From contig OZ024742.1 in assembly GCA_964016885.1 (NCBI GenBank), forward strand, positions 359,910,001 to 359,974,000: a stretch of DNA of 64,000 nucleotides, read 5' to 3'. Source of the stretch: Eledone cirrhosa (lineage: Eukaryota). How positions within the stretch are numbered: position 1 is the first letter of the stretch; every line of letters begins with the position of its first letter. Below the pieces are notes generated by a model. That model was given only the letters and a program-made list of their open reading frames with translations, was not told the origin of the DNA and made no database searches. The position numbers and the translations under genes were made by a program. Positions 56,918 to 64,000 of this stretch are shown piece by piece.

Positions 56918-57198
56918 TGTTGTATTCCTCTCGGTACTCGCAGAGAAAACACAACGAGTTATATCAAATAATTTGTGTATTGTACGAAACAACCAAAACG
57001 CCCCTCCTCACAGTAGCAGAATAACATAAAGTAAGTGCCAGCAGCAGTCTGTGACCGAGTTTTTAATACCAACGCTGACTGACTGCCCAGGTCACGTGAT
57101 TCATATGCAAATGTGTGAGCACGTGTAAATTGAATAAAACGAATTTAACAGTCCATACAACAATGAGGTTGTGAGTTCGATTCCCAGTCCATACAACA
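56918..57198 (-). repeat. 5' LTR (281 bp)
   Basis: TGTTGTA..TACAACA termini. Confidence 0.95.
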
Positions 57199-57417
57199 GT
57201 GCTCAAGCGCAGAACTGCTATAAAATAAGGTGAAGACTGTTAAAAGACAGAAAGAGAATTTGCCATTCCTCATTGCGTGTTCGATCTGTATGTATATATA
57301 GAGTTCGAACACGTTTCGCAAATGAGCAGCTCGATGCCTTAATCGATTACAATGAGGTTCGACTCATCAGACGCAATGGGGAACTGAATCGGAATAGGTT
57401 CTGCTCTGTGTAAAACA

Positions 57418-57606
57418 TAATTGTTTCTACGTTTGGCACAAGGCCAGCAATTATCCCAGTGTATTACTGGTACTTTAGTTTATCGACCTCGTAAGGATGA
57501 AAGGCAAAGTTAACCTCGGCGGGATTTGAACTCAGACCACAAAGGGCTGTAACTCTATGCTAGAAAGCATGGCATCCAAACCCTCCACTGATACTGTCAA
57601 TCCGCC
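57418..57606 (-). mobile_element. tRNA-derived SINE
   Basis: Same family as 43878; flanking repeat CTCTGTGTAA. Confidence 0.85.
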
Positions 57607-57616
57607 CTCTGTGTAA

Positions 57617-58261
57617 TCTGTATATATATAAAATTAAGTATGTGTGTGTGTGTGTGTGTGTCTGTGTGTTACCTATAGGGGCCTACATCTTACGACCGAT
57701 TTTCATGAAACTTTACAGGCTCATAGATTAGACATCGGGGAGTGTTTTCTATATATCAGCGTATCGTCTTTTTTTATTCCGGGTCATTCTGCAGATAAAA
57801 ATCGATAGGGGGGTCACCTTTTTTTAGGTATCGAAAAATAAAATTTTTGGCTCTAGCTCCCACATTTTGCCACCGATTTCGTTCAAATTTTAAAGCAAAA
57901 TAGAATTTATCATTGCACATCCTGTAATGGCTTTATATTTTGCATTTGTTGTTCAGGAACGGTGTGGCGCAGCCGCTTAAATATTCAAAAATACCACTTT
58001 TAGACTCAAATTTCCACTTTTCGGCTCTAGCTCCCACATAAATCAACCTACTTTGTTCGTTGAAATTCGAAACTCCCTCCCGCAGCATGCCCCTTCGTCA
58101 GTCACCCGCATTTCTCAGTGATAGAGGTCATCACCACCCTCCCTCGCATGACCTGTGTGTGGCCATAGATGAGTCATCGAGAAGCAGTCGCTAAGATCAA
58201 CACCTTTTCATCAAAGCAGATATTATTTTACCTAGCCAAGCAACGCTGGGTACTGCTCTAG
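57617..58261 (+). mobile_element. Non-autonomous Helitron
   Basis: A|TCTGTATATATATAAA..(TG)n..GCAACGCTGGGTACTGCTCTAG|T. Confidence 0.75.
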
Positions 58262-58355
58262 TACAAAATAAAAGTGTGTATTACAAGATATTGTCACAGT
58301 GGTTAATATTTGAGGCAAGTTTAGAATACTGCATCATGTCGGAAGATTCTGTAAA

Positions 58356-58426
<71 letters not shown>

Positions 58427-59609
58427 ACATGAGGGTTTGCTGAAGAGTTCATAAGTCGACCACGATACTCTCCTGGAATGACCAAATGAGTTGTTTTTTT
58501 ATTTTTTTTTTTTTTTGTCTTAAATTCTTCCTAGAAAGAAACATTGCAGTTATTAATAAGAAGAGTTGGAATTAATGCATGCAAGATTTCACAGCTCTAG
58601 CATCACTTCTTCATTGGCTGACCAAGATAACCTCATGGAATGACTAAATGAGTTATTTTTTTGTTTTGTTTCTTCAAAATTCTCACCGGAAAGAAACATT
58701 GCAGTTATTAATAAAAATAGTTGAAATTAATTAATACAAGATTTCACAGCTCTAGCATCGGTCCTTCATAGCCAGCCTTCAAATTTTTCAATTAGAAAAA
58801 TTAACAAAAAGACAACGGACGAAAACAAGGCTGAACGAAAATAAGATTTTGGGGGAAAATAAAATAAAACGAAAGACTCAGAACCAAGGTCTTCGGCCGT
58901 GAGATGGACTTTGGCAGTTTCAACCCCTACCGATAGTACTGTTGGCCTACCCGGTGTCATAGCGTCTCACACAAGCCACAGCACTGTCCGTGGAGTAAAA
59001 GACATGATAAAACAATCACTTACAGAAATTTTTTAAGCCATAATATGTACACAGAATTTTATTTGACAACTAGGAGAAGGTATTCTGGCTTTTATAGCAA
59101 CGATAGTCTCGTGAGACTAACAAAAAAAGAAGCCAGGAACTTTTCAGCACCCCCTTCTTACAGAGCATGGAATGGGGTGATGATAACAGTCTTGTAGCAG
59201 TAGATTACGTCAGTATGGTGTTGTACAATGGTATCAGTATCTACAAGAAATCTCATTACGGAAGTTACTTCACATTGCTGATAAGCGAGGTGAATATGGT
59301 GAAGTGCTGTTGTATAGGTTTTTAATCTTCATAGGGAAAAAATGCTAAGATCATATGGTTCAACAATTCTTCGGAATATGCGATTGAAAAAATGTTATTT
59401 CAGATATGGTATGATATGGTATAGACTCGCAACTCCCGAGGGAGTCGTAGGGGCACCATATTGACATGGTGCGTTTCTTGGGGCACTTTCAAACCTGGTG
59501 GAGCTCAGCTCCTCTCCTGGTCTGAATACAGCAGATTTCTTCCAGAGAAGGGTAGAGAGAGAGAGAGAGAGAGAGAGGGAATGAAAATGAGAAAGAGATA
59601 TAGAGGGAG

Positions 59610-59763
59610 AATCGACACCAGTATTAGATTGGTACTTTTTATTGACTTCAAATGGATGAAATACAAAGTTTACATCGGCAGGATTTGAACTCGGAATACA
59701 GTGAGCCGGAACCAATACCATAAAACACTCTATCCGACGTTCTAACGACTGTCAATTCGCCAC
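59610..59763 (-). mobile_element. Old diverged SINE copy
   Basis: GGATTTGAACTC B-box and TGGTACTTT..TTGAC..GGATGAAA domain. Confidence 0.6.
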
Positions 59764-60559
59764 CTATCCTCAGATAAATGAACTATGATAGTTCAACGTT
59801 GTTAATGTGAATAGTTTAGTAATTGGTTATCCCAGGAGCCACGGTCGTTATTTGTCGATGGTGTGTATGTAATAGACTGGCTACGACACTGAATTATACA
59901 CAACTGACTGTAAATCATTCTCGTAATTTCATTATACAAATATGGAAGAAAAAGCATCCCAAGTACGTTAACTAACAAAGAAGGGAGAGAACGGTGCACG
60001 AGGGTTTAACCAAAGGAGAGAAATAGTAAAACAGAGGTGAATAATATTGACTGTTGTCGAACAAGAAGAATCACACTATATTTATATATATATATATATA
60101 TAAAACTGATGTTGTCTGTGTGTGTGTGTCTGTCATCATTTTTGCAAAGTCTATACAAATCCACATGTCTACTCCGATTGACTTCAAACTTGCATTTATA
60201 TATTCTTTGCGGTCTAAAGATATTAACTGCAGCTTTTATTTTTCAATTTTCTGTTGTTAAAGGGGTGTTAGGCGCCGGTTATCTATCTCCGTCGCGTTCT
60301 TATAATATCTTTCTGTATGCCTGACTGTCTGCATTACGACATTCTGACGAACATTGATGACGTATTATGTTCGCTATTTTCCGTTCATTACCAGGGAACG
60401 TCTTCACGAACCAAAGTATCGTCTTCCTGTTTTCCTTCGGTTGCAACGTTTTTCGAAATATTTACTTCTGCGTTGACAGATTGATGTTTTTAGTTTCAGA
60501 AGATCCTGTAAAGGGTGAAAGCAACGATTCTTTGCTTAAACTTTAATCTGTTATTTTAA

Positions 60560-60619
60560 TCTATATATGTATATATATAAAACTGAGGAAGGATGTATGT
60601 ATGTATGTTAGTATTATGT

Positions 60620-60702
<83 letters not shown>

Positions 60703-61244
60703 CCGAGAAGTACCCAACCGATCTTTTTCAAACTTTATATTTGTATTACTTATATTTCAGAGAGTGTTATGCACATAAAAAATTCAACTTTCTGATCCCC
60801 GAGGGCCCGCATTAGGTGATTTTTGAGGCGTTACGTCAGACCGATTTCCTTGAAATTGTAACTATGTATTAGGCAGTTTCTTTTTCATACCGTGAGCAAA
60901 GAAAATCCAACTTTTTTATGGCCTAGGGCCCGCATTAGGTGAAAAACTTAATTTTTTCAGCTTTTTAGGGCTTTTTTGAGGCGTTACGTCTAGCCGATTT
61001 TCCCGAAATTTCAAGGCATATGCACATAAAAAAATTCATTTTCTTGATCCCCTAGGGCCCGCATTAGGTGAAAACCTGCCCTTTTCCTGCTTCATCGAGG
61101 AAAATCTTAGATTATCCAGCCATCGGAGTATTCGATTTATTTTCTTTACATATTGTCCAGGCATGCAGTTTTTCCACGATTAGGTCTATTGGCGGCTCGC
61201 GTTCCAAAATACCTTATCCCCGTGCAACGCCGGGTACACTGCTA

Positions 61245-61245
<1 letters not shown>
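60560..61245 (+). mobile_element. Non-autonomous Helitron
   Basis: A|TCTATATATG..(TG)n..internal GGGCCCGCATTAGGTGA x3..CCCCGTGCAACGCCGGGTACACTGCTAG|T. Confidence 0.8.
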
Positions 61246-61303
<58 letters not shown>

Positions 61304-61879
61304 AACACAAGAGCAAGAATGAGGGGCTCATTCTACTGACATGGTTTTAAAAATCAGGCTTGTTTGCATAATTGCAAACAAATCGAATGTTAATATAAAT
61401 ATTTGAGAAAAACCCAGATTACATTTATTGTATTCAGCCATGTAGAGCGAAAATTTCTTTTATATATATATGCGCGGGGACATAGAAATAGTCAGGTTAG
61501 ATACACGATCGTGCGGTTAAACCACTGGGAGTGAAGGACCCCTAGCCTTTGTCAGGGCATTCTTCTAGGAGAAGGTAACTCAGGAAACTAGGATAATTCC
61601 GACATAAAACCGATGATGTTGATCTTTTTTTCTTTTCTGGTTATAGCTACTGTCGCTCAGAGAGTGGGATTGGCTCAGTGCACAGTCTTTCCTCACTTTA
61701 AAAATAATCTTCGCGCACAGGCACTGCACGATAGCATTAATTAATAATTATTAATAATGTTATATTGTGCAATGGCCATACTCGATAACGAGGGGGCGGC
61801 CATCATATATATATATAGATATAAATTCAGCGAGTATCGCATTTCGGCTGGTAGAATATATATATATATATATATATAA

Positions 61880-62560
61880 TATTAGGGATACTATTTATGG
61901 TTATGTATATATTAAAACTTTTTATAGTTATGTATATTTTAAACCCTAAACAGTAAAAGTCAGTAATTTATTACTACCTTATTACCAGTAAGATAAATAG
62001 CTCAATGTAATAACATCAGTTGTTCTACAGAGCAGTTATATAGAATTCACAAGAATCAAAGCTATTTTGATCTATACAAAAAATACCTTACCACTACAAC
62101 CACCATAATAATCTTGCTTACCCGCTTAAAGTGCTTGCATTACGTGTAACACCCTGCCACACAATAATAGTATAAAAATGAGACACACTTGCATGCTCCA
62201 CGTGTAACTAACGCATACACTACCTACTAGACCTGACTATCAAACTATCCTCTTACATTATCTGTGTTATCTGCCGAATGTATTTTAATTTTGATTTTGA
62301 TTTTAATTTTGATATTGATTTTGATTTTGATTTTGATTTTGAATTTGAATTGCTGTACAAAAATAGTATAGTATAATATGTGTCACTCCCCTGTACATCA
62401 ATATATATATATATCTGTATCTGTATGTCTCTTGCGTTGGAAAGGAGGTCAATTATGTGTACAAACATTGAAAAATGCTCCGAAGATGCCAGGCCTAGGT
62501 TTGGATGAAACAATTGTAAGTGAATAAATGCTTTGAACATAGCTTTGATTCTTGTGATAT
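61880..62560 (+). mobile_element. PLE 3' UTR remnant with inverted 5' piece; HHR (U4C) at 62476-62522
   Basis: 61890-62065 matches 32726-32900 directly; 62110-62215 matches 33155-33250 inverted; TGCT-CCGAAGA..GAA-ACAATTGT-A-AGTG. Confidence 0.7.
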
Positions 62561-62566
62561 ATATAT

Positions 62567-62629
<63 letters not shown>

Positions 62630-62649
62630 TATATATATATATATATATA

Positions 62650-62969
62650 CTTACGGTAAGCATTGATGCAATTCAATTCAAGCACTCTACGTATTTTCTC
62701 TACACAGGAATGACGGAGTATATTTAGAATAGGAAAATGCGAAGTAGTTTCAGATGTTAAAGTCCTTTATAGATAAGGCTTCGACATATATTTCAATGAG
62801 GACAGTGGCCACGCGATTCCGCCTAAACACTGTCTTGAACTCATCAGACAGCTTCTTACACAATAAGGTTACGTTCTCGAGGCAATCCAAATTAAATCGA
62901 CAAGGGATCGGACAAAGATGTTCTTGAAGCTTTCGCCCGTTCCCTCTGAAACTACTTCGCATTTTCCTA
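62650..62969 (-). mobile_element. Short element with 25-bp inverted repeat and degenerate HHR (62778-62853, minus)
   Basis: IR TAGGAAAATGCGAAGTAGTTTCAGA; GCTGT-CTGATGA..GACAGTG..CACTGTC..GAA-ATATATGT-C-GAAGC. Confidence 0.55.
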
Positions 62970-62991
62970 CTCTCTCTCTCTCTCTCTCTTC

Positions 62992-63532
<541 letters not shown>

Positions 63533-63534
<2 letters not shown>

Positions 63535-63648
63535 GGAACGAGTAGGACCCCGGGGGTCCTACTCGTTCCTATTACCCACTCTACTACCCTAAGTATTGAG
63601 TACTTTGGTGCGTTATGGTCCACCTGGTTCCTTACCACATTTCCTTCG

Positions 63649-63650
<2 letters not shown>
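63533..63650 (+). mobile_element. Family X copy inverted at the predicted cleavage site
   Basis: TAGGAACGAGTAGGACCCC-G-GGGGTCCTACTCGTTCCTA. Confidence 0.85.

Positions 63651-64000
<350 letters not shown>

Larger units (their letters stand above)
52283..57198 (-). mobile_element. Full-length Ty3/Gypsy LTR retrotransposon (Mag-like)
   Basis: TG..CA LTRs, TSD GTGCT both sides, PPT GGTGGGGAGG (52568-52577 minus), gag-PR-RT-RH-IN order. Confidence 0.95.

Overview
AT-rich eukaryotic (metazoan) repeat-dominated DNA with no recognisable host gene. The SINE/LINE repertoire and the density of (TA)n/(CA)n microsatellites suggest a cephalopod/octopus-like genome (inference). Most ORF-track entries are microsatellite artefacts. 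Real content: one full-length Ty3/Gypsy (Mag-like) LTR retrotransposon with 5-bp TSD (52283-57198, minus); four Naiad-type Penelope-like elements (PLEs) and one other GIY-YIG PLE remnant; RTE-type LINE fragments (one with a twin-priming-like inversion); CRE-like LINE 3' ends; tRNA-derived SINEs; non-autonomous Helitrons; mariner/hAT-like MITEs; and several mini/microsatellites. The most notable signal is that the short unique islands between (TA)n runs are mostly palindromic or partial-tandem elements carrying type I hammerhead ribozyme (HHR) folds. By eye I count about 20 sequence-distinct HHR families, many minimal with palindromic stem III. They include recurrent core variants (U3-A8 compensatory pair, U4C, U4A, U.U closing stem II). 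Three are retrozyme-like 'monomer plus partial repeat' units, and one palindrome has its centre at the predicted cleavage site. All folds were paired by eye and were not computed or assayed.
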